Positions 52,241 to 64,000 of a stretch of DNA of 64,000 nt are shown one piece after another. Under the pieces are notes generated by a model. That model searched no databases. It was given only the letters and a program-made list of their open reading frames with translations, and was not told the DNA's origin. The position numbers were made by a program, and so were the translations under genes. Source of the DNA: Monocercomonoides exilis PA203 (taxonomy: Eukaryota; Protista; Preaxostyla); contig LSRY02000003.1 of NCBI GenBank assembly GCA_001643675.2, positions 2,418,001 through 2,482,000 of the forward strand, given 5' to 3'. The stretch's first letter is position 1. Each line of letters opens with the position of its first letter.

Positions 52241-53646
52241 GGTTGAAATAAGTTTGTAAAAAAATATAAGAAAAAAATGAAAATATAAAAATTTTTCACA
52301 AACGATAAATACAACAATTTTTTAAAGATGAAAATTTATATAAAGACATTTTTTAAAATTAAAAATACAAACATTTGAAAAAATGGACTGTTGACTTAAA
52401 TCACTTCAGCGACAGACAGTGACGTGAATTCTGTGGTATATATTCTTTAAAGAAATGATCACGACACAACCCATTGTTTCATAAAAAATTGAAAATGAAC
52501 GTATGAAAAAAAAAAATTAAAATCAATTATTAAACAAAAATAAAAATATTTTACCACTTATCAATTATTCTTTATGTTATCAGTTTCAAACAAAAAAACA
52601 ACATAAAAATGAGTGAATAAAATATTTTTTCAGTCATATCGCGTCACTCCAATAATGTTCACGTCAGAAGGCATGCGACGCAGATGTTTATTCATATCTG
52701 TAAACAAACGTCATTGACATACAAGCAAAATGTTTTGTAACCTTTCATGTATTTAGAAAAATAAACACTTTTCTTTCAAATTATTTGATCACAGAAAGTT
52801 TATCTTGGATGCATAATTCTTCAATGAAAATGCCTGAAGCCAAATATTTGGCATAAGTGTAACAAACTACCTCTTTCAATTAAACAACTTTTTTCGTTTC
52901 AACAACATATTAATCAATAACATAAAAAATTAACACATTTGGGTGGAATAACTTTTTGAAATGTCAACGAAAAATTTCAAAAAAGAATTGTTGTGATCTA
53001 TACCATAATTAAATCCTTGTTTATATCTTTTTCGTTAAAAACGTTAATGATTGTGATTTGAAAGTTTATTGATGTTCTAATTACTCAATACTTGAAATGT
53101 CACAAATAAAGTTTGAAATTGAACAATCTTTATCATTATTTATGTTGTATTTTTTCTGTTTATATTGATGGAATTCTTGGAGTCACATTCAGTTCGTTTA
53201 TAAAAATGCCAATTCAATTATTAATAAACGAATGCATTGGAGCTCGAACAAGTTATACTTGTTTTCATATTTTTTTTAACAAAAATTGTTGTTTGTTAAT
53301 TGAACTTCTTTTTTTCTGACTGTTTTTCACACTGAAATACGGGCAATTATTTTTTAATATTTGTGAATAATATTGGATCAACGTTTTCTGAATATGTTTG
53401 TTGTTGTTAATTACGCTGTAGTGAAGTTGTCACATTGAGTTTTGAAATTTTTTCAAAATAACCAAAAAAATGATCAGCAAAAGTGATTTTGACTTTTTTG
53501 TTTCTTCATAAAGTTTCAATGAAAAGAACAAACAGTTGTTTTCAGAATGAAAACATATAATGAAATTTTTTGGAAAGAAGAATGAAGATATTTTGAATTT
53601 TTCTTGTGATATGAAAAATACAGTAATTCAAAATTCTCATTCAATC

Positions 53647-53678
<32 letters not shown>

Positions 53679-54555
53679 GTTAAATTTAGAAAGACAATTT
53701 AATACAAATCCATCACTGCAAACAGAAAAGCAATCTAACAACGCAAATAATATATTTTCTTTCTCCTTCAATCTCACCTTTTGCCTCTCATACTCCTTTT
53801 CAGCCTCTTTTTCTGATCCAATATGCAATAGAATCAAAAGAGGATCTCTTTGAATTATGCTATATAATGTAATATCAATCAGAGAAGTATTCAAAAATGT
53901 GGGTTTGAATAAAAAAGCTGTCGATTAGAGGAGGTTGTATCAGTTTGAGGAAGGAAGAAGGTTCATTTCGTCAATGAGACACTTCATGTTCTCCGCAGTT
54001 AATGTTCTATCCACAATTCACTGAAGCGAATTTTTTACGTGAAAAAGTTAGGAAGAATGATGTACATGAAAGACTCAGAGCAAGGCATGTTCGCAGCTGT
54101 CTCTCATAACAAAGTTGGTCATACTCAAGGTGCAACTTGGAGGATACGCTTGTTAAGCTGGAAAAGCTGGAGATACATTTTTCTGTTGTTGAAGTTAATG
54201 ATTCGCAGGAGCTTGGTTTCGTTCAGTCAGATTGAGCCTGTGAAGAAGATGAGTCGAACTTCCAAGAAGTCTTTTTCGATAAAGAAAATGGAATAATCAT
54301 TCAAAGGCATGCGCATCAAAGGTGAGACGAGGTTGACAGGAGGAAAGAAAAGATAACTGAGAAGTCGATGAATGGATATTGAAGATCTCGTGGAGAGAAA
54401 TGAGGAGAAGGCGGAGAAGAGGAAGTTGTTGAGGAGGAAGATGAGGAAGATGAGGAAGATGAGGAAGATGAGGAAGATGAGGAAGAAGGAGAAGGAAATG
54501 ATGTTGATCGTAATGGTTGTGTTTGTGGTTGTAATTATGGTCAGAGTTTGTCACT

Positions 54556-55285
54556 TAAGGTAATGGTGGAGGTTGAGCCATTTCCTGTGATTTTAGTGTC
54601 AACAGCATTGAATGTGAGTGTTTGAGTTGGAATATATATTGAAGTTAGGGGGGTGAAAGAGGCGTTTTGGGTATCTGTCATGCGAACAAGAGCGAATTCG
54701 ATTGTTTTGCATGGACTGAGTTGTGTGATTCCGCAGAGATCGGTGTTTGTCCTATTATTTGACACGATTTTATAAGTTGTTATGATGGGGAGCCAAACAT
54801 TATATGCATCGCTATCTGCGGTTGCTGCATTTCACATTATTTTTGTTGGATTTATTGTGTCATACTTATTGAATGAAAATTGGGTGATGTTGCTTCCATT
54901 GAATTAGACATCATTCCATCTTCCATTTTTGGCAGCGAAGCCATCCAAGAAACAGAACGTGATGAATATTACACTATTCATTTTAGTGAAAGTGTTTGTG
55001 CAACACAGGGCGGCTCCACCATTGGAAGTTGATGAACTTGTCAATTTATTATTGATGAAGAGACACTCAACGATAAAAAACATGTTGGGCTTGTTATTCG
55101 GAGGTTAATGAAATGTGAGAGAGACAGCATAATCACCATATGAGTTTGGAATGCACTTGCATTTTGAAGATAAACATTGAGCACATGTTGGAAAATCAAC
55201 AATGTTAAAATGCCAGCCAGTTCAACACCAGTTTGTCATTGAACAACTACCCACTCTGTTATCTGAAAACGTTGAATTAGAAGTG
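54556..55285 (-). pseudogene. Beta-helix family copy I: decayed, in the inverted-repeat spacer
   Basis: Homologous to the 3' half of the core (GW.F, KCKCI, GRWNDV*, TDLCGITQLSPCKTIE), with in-frame stops. Confidence 0.85.
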
Positions 55286-56464
55286 GATGGCGATCAAGCT
55301 GACAATTCACTCATTTATCTACTGTCAAGAAACTTGAAAAATTGTATTTTGTTTTTTCAGCATTTTTCAAAAATTTCTAGATCATGAATGTTAAACCTTT
55401 GTCTTTTAGAATTCAGTGACATTTTAGAATCAACAGTATGTCATCGAACATTGCTCTCTCATGATTATATTGTAAGGCATTTTGTTATGATTGATCTTTG
55501 AAGGGATAATACTTAATTTACAGAAGTTATTGCGATATTTTATATTTCAGTAATAACAACATAAATAATGATAAAGATTGTTCAATTTCAAACTTTATTT
55601 GTGACATTTCAAGTATTGAGTAATTAGAACATCAATAAACTTTCAAATCACAATCATTAACGTTTTTAACGAAAAAGATATAAACAAGGATTTAATTATG
55701 GTATAGATCACAACAATTCTTTTTTGAAATTATTCGTTGACATTTCAAAAAGTTATTCCACCCAAATGTGTTAATTTTTTATGTTATTGATTAATATGTT
55801 GTTGAAACGAAAAAAGTTGTTTAATTGAAAGAGGTAGTTTGTTACACTTATGCCAAATATTTGGCTTCAGGCATTTTCATTGAAGAATTATGCATCCAAG
55901 ATAAACTTTCTGTGATCAAATAATTTGAAAGAAAAGTGTTTATTTTTCTAAATACATGAAAGGTTACAAAACATTTTGCTTGTATGTCAATGACGTTTGT
56001 TTACAGATATGAATAAACATCTGCGTCGCATGCCTTCTGACGTGAACATTATTGGAGTGACGCGATATGACTGAAAAAATATTTTATTCACTCATTTTTA
56101 TGTTGTTTTTTTGTTTGAAACTGATAACATAAAGAATAATTGATAAGTGGTAAAATATTTTTATTTTTGTTTAATAATTGATTTTAATTTTTTTTTTTCA
56201 TACGTTCATTTTCAATTTTTTATGAAACAATGGGTTGTGTCGTGATCATTTCTTTAAAGAATATATACCACAGAATTCACGTCACTGTCTGTCGCTGAAG
56301 TGATTTAAGTCAACAGTCCATTTTTTCAAATGTTTGTATTTTTAATTTTAAAAAATGTCTTTATATAAATTTTCATCTTTAAAAAATTGTTGTATTTATC
56401 GTTTGTGAAAAATTTTTATATTTTCATTTTTTCTTATATTTTTTTACAAACTTATTTCAACCTT

Positions 56465-58050
56465 TAAAGCACGCTCTTCACATAGACATGGAGCGGACAA
56501 AAGATGTGCTTATCAAAACTTAGACAATGGCAGGAGTTTAGAGGCTGAGGATCAGAAGCGAATAACGGTTCGGAGAAAATAGAACGTGTTGTTGCCTGCG
56601 CGGTGCTGAGAGAATTTTTTAGCAGGAAGGAGATGTTGAAAAGCACAGAGCAGCAGCAGGGTTTGTGGTGATTGAGTCACAGTTGTTAATATTTTCAATG
56701 ACATTTGAAAATGGAAATGTGAGATTGAGGAGGAAAGAGAGATGCGTGCTGGTGGTTGAGGAGTGTGTGGCGATTGGGGATGAGCTGAGACAGATCGATA
56801 TGCAGGTGTTCCAACAGAGGAGGGAGCGTGCGGAGGTGGGGAGCACAGCAGTGAGCGATATGTTTGGTCCGGGGAGCAGATGCGAGCTGAACAGGATGGT
56901 TAAACAGCAGGCGCAATTGGTATGTGTTTCTGCTCCGTGCTTTCGAACGTCAGCTGGACATGCAGCTGGGGGCAGGCGCGGCTGGAGTTCGTGGTGCAGG
57001 AGCTGGTGCAGTGCGGGCTGTACTTCCAGATAATTGTGCGTGGGGCAGATGGGGGCCAGCGTGTGAGGACATACAGTTTTGAGAGCACAGGGCAGAACAC
57101 GGAGCGGCGGGGGTTCGGGAGAATCGGGCGGGGGGTGATTGAGGAGAGAGGGGCAGATGAGGAGGTGCTGGCGAATGTGGTGTATTTGAGCGAGGAGCTG
57201 GCTGTGGAGGAGCGGAGAGGCGGGGAAGGGGGAGTGTGGAGAACAGGGGAGGAGACAGGGGAGGATGACGTAAGTGAAGGAAAAAAGTTCAACGAGACAG
57301 CAGCAATTACACTGGAAAGAGGAAAGGAAGGTATAGGCAGGGGGCAGAGCCTGCTTGAGCTGAATGGGAAGACGATCATACTGCATATTGAAGTGAGTAC
57401 AATGTGTGTAATAGTGGTGGTGATTACTGTGGGGTTCCACGTGCGAAAGCGTCGGCAGAGGAAGCAGCAGGATCAGAGACTTGTGCATCCCAAGGAGATG
57501 GCAGAGGAAAAGCAGAAGAGCAAAGTGTGGAGTGGATGCTGAGAAAACATTGAAGGAATTGAATGAAGAACTGGAGAAGAATGTGGTGAGGAAGGATGGA
57601 TGTTCATGATGAAAAAAAAGGGAATGGAGGATGTGGAAACGGAAGAGAGGAGGGGAAGAGTGGTGTTTAGAAAGAGGAAGATAATTATGAACATCAAACG
57701 AGAGAATTGTTTGGAGTTGCGAATTTGGATGTGGGACGGATGCTGGAGCTGCTTCACTGTGAGTAATACTCAAAGAAAGTTGTGTTTTGTGTGGTGCACG
57801 GGTGTTATCACATCCTGCGGAGCTGGGAGACGGAGGTGCTGCTTCCGAACATAAGCCAGCTGGAAGAAATGGTGAACGGGGAGGATGTGATGGCGTTGCG
57901 GGATGTGGAAAGCGACGAAGAGATGTGCAACCTTAAAGAAGCGGGATCCGCAGAAAAAAGGAGCTGGAGCTGTTCACGTGAATGGACTGCGTGGAAGTGA
58001 GGAGGAAAAGGGAGCGGAGGGCAAGTGCAGAGGCAGTGCGACTTGCGAAA
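56465..58050 (+). pseudogene. Mirror copy of the GC-rich degenerate membrane-protein fragment
   Basis: Matches 50655-52240; the difference noticed is a G-run length at ~57130. Confidence 0.4.
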
Positions 58051-58933
58051 AAGAATAAGAATAAGAATAAGAATAAGAATAAGAATATGAATAAGAATAA
58101 GAATAAGAATAAGAATAAGATAAAGATAAAGAAATAGAAATTGAAACAGCAAAAAAGATGAGAAGAGGAGGAGGGGAAATAATAAAGAGGAGAAGACGAA
58201 GAATTCAATAAAGAAAAGAAAGAAAAAGAATGAGATAGTGATGATTACGATGATGAATGTTAAAAAACGAGGAAGTTAATCAGAACCATCAAAATGAATA
58301 GCAATGACGTGCATTTTTTTTATTCATCCAAAGAAACTTTCACAAAAAGGAGAGGAGCAACTTTCAAATGAAAACAAAGAAACAAATTTAGGATACAGAA
58401 AACAAAATAATTTATAATTTTTGAAATCATTTTTAATATATGTAACAAGAAAGAATTTTGTTCTTTATTCATGGAAAATATTTCCTTGATTCAAATTTAT
58501 TTTTTAAAACTCGCAATATTTTTATTTTTGTCGAAACAAACTATTCTTAACAAAAATGAATAAATTTTTTATTGCAAATTACAAGAATCAATATGGAGAA
58601 TCATGAAATATGTCTATTGTAGATAATATTTTTTCCAATATTAATACACACTGAAGTTTTATTCTTTTCAAAAATGAATATTAATAAAAATGCAAAACAG
58701 AAAACAATTCTTCAAAAACATTAACAAACAAATTAAACAATCTTGTTGCACATTTTTAGTGAAAGTTATAATTTATGTGAAAGTGTGAAAAAGAATAGTA
58801 ATAAATTAATATTTAATTAAAGTTAATTGATTAAAAATTGTGCAAAAATTTTTGTCATGAGAATTTTGAATTATTGGTAAATGTTTTATCCTTTTCCTAG
58901 CAAAATTTTTTAAAATTGTTGGTTTTTCTCAGG

Positions 58934-58991
<58 letters not shown>

Positions 58992-60345
58992 CGTGCACTG
59001 AATGACTTTGTCTCGCCTTTTCCAAGGTGACGCAGATGTTTTGATAAAAAAATCCAATTTATTTTGAAATCTGACAAGTTTCAAATAGTTATTAGTGAAA
59101 CAAATTATTTATGATTTGTTCATCAAAAGCTTGGAAGTCCATATTTTTCCCCAAATAGTTTATCAATTTTGAATAATAAATTATGATAAAGATTATTATA
59201 CCAAATTTAATCATTAAATTTCTAACTTCAATAATTTTTGTTGTTATTTTTGAAATGACTTAAATTTGGGGGTGTGGATTATTGCAAGTTTTTTTCCCAT
59301 TTATTTATCAATCCATATTAAAATGTCTGAAATATAGTTATTACAGTTAAAGTCAATGCTTGAGATGAAAGAAAGGATATGGTCTATTGATAAGAAGTTA
59401 TCAATTTCAAGTGTTCATTTCCAAATATTCAAAATGAATTTTCAAACCGAAATGTTTGACAGACAAAATAGAATTTCAAAAATGAGGAAAAAAATGAAAA
59501 ACAATATATTCAAAAATTGAATTCATAAGCAATCAGTATTTTAGATTGTTTTGGTGTTTTTTGTTATTGAAAAAAAAATTCAATAAAAAGAAGTATTTTT
59601 CTGTCTTTAATATGGATGTTGCAGAAGCAGTGAAATCACAATCACCAATGGCGGTATGGGTTTGCCAATAATTTATTTTATTTATTAAAAAAAAAAATAA
59701 AATAAAAATAAAAACATCAAAACACTAATTCAAATAAATATCAATAATTGTTGCGAGGATTGAATATTCACAAAGATATCCACAATTATTCACGCTCCAA
59801 GAAAAATAACATTTTTGAAAAAATCAGAACAAACAAATAACTCCGTTTCGAGAACAACAACAATTAACAACACTTTCAAAATTCGACAATGGCAAACCAC
59901 AAGCTCACCATTTCATGCACAAAAATTCTCATTTCAAATTATTTTATTGTGCAACAAATACTAAGAAAAAGAAAAACAAAGAACAGATATTTTTTTATCA
60001 ATCTTTTTATGCCTTTACCACAGAAAGCACAATCGTTCAGAAGGCAAACAGAATGAAACTGCTCAACAAACACAAATGCTCTGAGCAAACACACTATTCC
60101 AATTTCAAACAGCACTCATTCTTTCGACAAAATAATTCACACTCTAATGAAAATCTTTTTCTTCTTCTCTTGCTGGATCACTCACTCATTCAAAAACAAT
60201 TTTCCAAAGAAAACCCCGAAAAAAAGCAATTATCATATTCAGATTCAAATAATGATCAATCTCTCATCTATTTCATAATCATCATTGTGAATGCACGCTT
60301 CACAAATATAACTCTATTCTTTTTCTATTGATTTATTCTTTTGCT

Positions 60346-61272
60346 CACCAAAAACCCCATCGATGGAGCCATTCTCCCCAACCTCAACAGCCCATCCACT
60401 TCTCTCTCTGCCTTCAATGCTTCTTTTCTTCACCAAACTCGATCTTCATCAAATGCACCTATCGTTCATATTGGAACTGAAACTCACAGAAAATCACTTG
60501 GAAGACTGTCTTCATTCGATGCAAGTAGCCATCGCTTTGAGTGGTGCGAATGGAATGATTCAACTGGTGGATCAAGTGATGGAGGTGCGCTTAAAGTCAA
60601 TTGCACAAACGCAAATCTCGAAATCACTTCTTGTTCATTCAACAATTGTTCATGCACCGGAGAGGGGCAAGGTGGAGGGTTATACTGTAATAGTTTGTTG
60701 AAAATTGATATTACAAAATCCAATTTCACAAATTGTTCTGCTGCTCATGGAGGAGCAGTTCATACAACAAATCCACAGCACAATTCTGCTTATTACCATT
60801 CAGAAAACAAAGTCGAAAATTGTTCAATATCTAGCTGGTGCGGAACTGGTTGGTATTTTTATATTGGTGCTTTTCCAGAAAACGGTCAATTCCTGTTTTC
60901 CAAATGCAAGTGCATCTCAAATTCAGGTAACGATTCCGCTGGTTCTCTCACATTCAATAATCCTCCACAAAACAAACCGAGTCAGTTTTTGGTCAATGAT
61001 TGTCAGTTCATAAATAACAAATTGACATCAAATTCAACTTCATGGGGAGGTGCTGCAATGTTTTTAGGAATACTTATTCTTGGATGAATGAAATAAAATT
61101 CATCACATTTTGTTTTTTCAATGGCAACACTGCCACAAATGGCAGAGGAAACGACGTGTTTTTCAATGGAAGTAATATCACTCAATCTCCATTTGAGAAT
61201 TGTGGCTCAACAACAGCATCAAAAAGAGTGTGGAATCAAGGAACAGCTGATAATGCTGAATATAATGGCTGA
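60346..61272 (+). pseudogene. Beta-helix family copy H' (mirror of H; -1 T frameshift at ~61061-61065)
   Basis: T5 here vs A6 at 47635-47640 in H. Confidence 0.75.
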
Positions 61273-61939
61273 CCGTAGCTTATCTTTCCTTCTCTAATTT
61301 TTCCAATGAAAAGTCTTTTCATGTCCCTTCTCTTTTCCTGTTATTATCTCTTTCTCCATTTTCTCCTCTTCTCTCATTCCTTCTTTTCTCTCAAATTTGA
61401 TAGTTTATTTCTTGAATCTTGTCATTCATCCTTGTTTGCTATATCGCTTCTCAAAATTACCCTCCGTTTATCCAAATACTTTTCTTCCCAAATTCAACAT
61501 TCAACTCGAATCTCCTCTTCGAAACATCTTCTCTCTTTAACACAAAAATCTCTTCAACCCTCTCAATCTCATTTCCATTTATCAATTATCCTAAAAATCA
61601 GAATCTTATTTCTCTTTCTCTTTCTCCTCTTCTTTCGTCTTCTTTCATTCTTCTTCCTCTCTTTCTTATTTCTGAATATTTCCTTCGGTTGCAAAAGTTC
61701 ATCTTTTTCTTCATTTCATTCACGATCTCTGACGTAGATATCAAATTTGAAGAAATTCAAAATAGATGAAGTGAATGATGAAGTGGAAGAAGAATTTGAA
61801 GAGCATGCAATGAGTTGGTGAGTTGATTGAAGCTGAGAATGATGAAGATAAATAAATAAACAAATACCGAGATATTTGATTTTCCATTTTTATCTGGTTT
61901 TCTTCTTTCATTTTTGTGTGTTCTTCTTACTAACAAAAT

Positions 61940-63273
61940 CCTCCAATTCAACCATTTTCCTCCACACTCACAACCCCATTGATGGAGCCATTCTCCCCAA
62001 CCTAAACAGCCCATCCACCTCTCTCTCTGCCTTCAATGCCTCTTTTCTTCACCAAACACGCTCTTCACCAAATGCTGCTGTCGTGCATATCGGATCTGAA
62101 TCTCAAAGAGCGAAACCTGGAAGACTGACTTCATTTGATGAGAACAGCCACAGATTCGAATGGTGTGAATGGAATGATTCAAATAGTGGAAGTGATAATG
62201 GCGGTGCACTTCATGTCGAGTGCACAAATGCCAATCTCGAAATCACTTCTTGTTCGTTTTTCAATTGCAATTGTCCAGGAAGTGATAGTGGTGGAGGGGC
62301 ATTATACTGTCATTACTTGTTGAAAATAAATATGGCAAAATCAAATTTCACGGGATGCTCGGCTGGCCATGGAGGAGCAAATTGCATCAGGTATCCTCAA
62401 ACGAATTCTGTTTGGACGTTCTCAGAAAATAGAGTGGAAAGTTGTAAGATAACATACTGGTGTGGAACGGGTTGGTATTTTGCGCTTGAAGGAATTCCAA
62501 CAAATTTTCAATTCTTGTTTTCCAAATGCAAGTGCATTGCTAATACAGGGGGCAATTCTGCTGGTTCTCTCACATTTAATGATCCCCCACAAAATAAACC
62601 AACTCAGTTTTTGGTTAATGATTGCCAATTTATAAATAACAATCTGACTGCATCTGCCAGTTATGGAGGAGCTGCCATCTATTTGGATGTCACTTACTCT
62701 TGGATGAATGGAATAAAATTCATCACATTTTGTTTCTTCGATGGCAACACTGCCACAAATGGCAGAGGAAACGATGTCTTTTTCAATGGCAGCAGTATCA
62801 CCCAATCTCCATTTGAGAATTGTGGCTCAACAACTCCAACAAAAAGAGTGTGGAATGCAGGAACTGCTGATAACGCTGCGTACAATGGCTGGCTCCCACT
62901 CATTGCCCAGAACAAAATCGTTGCAAATGGTGGAACTGATGTCGATGCCTGTGGCAGACCCCAACAGACCCCATGCGCCACCATCGAGTATGCCCTCAAC
63001 GCCTTCATCTCCCTCCTCCAAGACGCCTCTCTCACCCTCCTTTCCTCAACATTTGTTCCAACTCAAACACTCACTTTCTGTGCAGTTGACACAAAAATCA
63101 CTGGAAATGATGAAATTTGTCTGATTTCTTTATTATTCCTTCTATTTTCATCATATAAAACAGTTAATATTCTATCATTATTTCTTTTAATTTTTGAATA
63201 TTTTCCGTATCATTGCCAAATTCATGAGCTTTCATCCCATTTTCAAATGGCATATATGCTACTATTTGCTTAG
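61940..63273 (+). pseudogene. Beta-helix family copy G' (mirror of G)
   Basis: Protein identical to G except DVD vs DAD at 62941-62943. Confidence 0.75.
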
Positions 63274-64000
63274 AAAAAGAATAACATCAACGCAGAAAAA
63301 ATATATCCTCATAAGTTTCTCTAATTTTGTTTCTTCAATTTCGAGTCAGCCCTCAGTGCGAAGGTATTATCTTTTTCCTTTCTTCAAAAGAGTATTTCTT
63401 CGATGATATCTTGTAGTTTCACATAAATTATAATTTCTTCATTTTTTCCATTCCAATTTGTCTGCATGCTATTCATGCCCCGCTTTCGTAAATTCTCATT
63501 TGAATGTACTTCTCCTTCAAATTCAGTTCGTCTTCTCTTTTTATTTTTCGCGACTCGTTGAATGCACATGAAGTTGCAAAATCTCTCGAAAGGCACTGTC
63601 AAATCACTCATTCTGAACAGCTTCTCCTCCTCCTCCTTCTTTTTCTTCTGCATACCCTTCAACCTCCAAATGAAAAAGAAAGAATCGTCTCTCTCTCTCT
63701 CTCTCTCTCTCTGTTTTTTGTTGTGCGCCCTGATCGACTTTTCTTGGCTTAAAATAGCATCACTTCCATTCCTACACAGACTCGACCGCTGGTTGCGACA
63801 GATTGAAAATAAGTGTTGTGCTCCTGAACAGTCACAGGAGATAAGGCCCGTCATTGAATCTGATGGATTTTGATGGGAAGAAAATAACAATATTTTTGAT
63901 ATCCATGGAAGTGAGTGAGGATGACGAAGATGAAAGGCATCACAAACAACAGAAATGTGATTTGTTAGGTGGAATACTTGAGACGATGTCGCAGAAGTTT

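Larger units (their letters stand above)
44700..53148. repeat. Left arm of large inverted repeat (>=8.4 kb)
   Basis: Reverse complement of 55556-64000, with mirrored ORFs and a coordinate sum of ~108700. Symmetry breaks at 53149/55555. Confidence 0.97.
55556..64000. repeat. Right arm of large inverted repeat; runs off the window end
   Basis: Reverse complement of 44700-53148. Confidence 0.97.

Overview
AT-rich eukaryotic (protist) genomic DNA. Short spliceosomal introns, Ser/Glu microsatellite-rich ORFs and expanded Cys-rich GGA-motif beta-helix genes suggest an oxymonad such as Monocercomonoides; this is an inference, not a database result. The window is dominated by 11 copies (9 distinct) of one predicted right-handed beta-helix surface-protein family. 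Only one copy (20687-22540) has an ATG and signal peptide. The others are 5'- and 3'-truncated, yet the cores of 8 distinct copies remain open-frame. They are hypervariable at fixed loop positions and are patchworks of 59-125 nt tracts identical or near-identical between different paralogues. This is the pattern expected of a silent-cassette, segmental gene-conversion diversification system. The copies sit in a ~6.4 kb direct duplication and a >=8.4 kb-arm near-perfect inverted repeat, and a second palindrome fills the first 2.3 kb. A central island holds three intron-containing genes not properly shown in the ORF track: Sec61beta, a C9orf85/DUF2039 homologue, and a Ser-rich cold-shock-domain + CCCH protein. 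Several MITEs are visible, including a Sola-like family with 4-bp TSDs.
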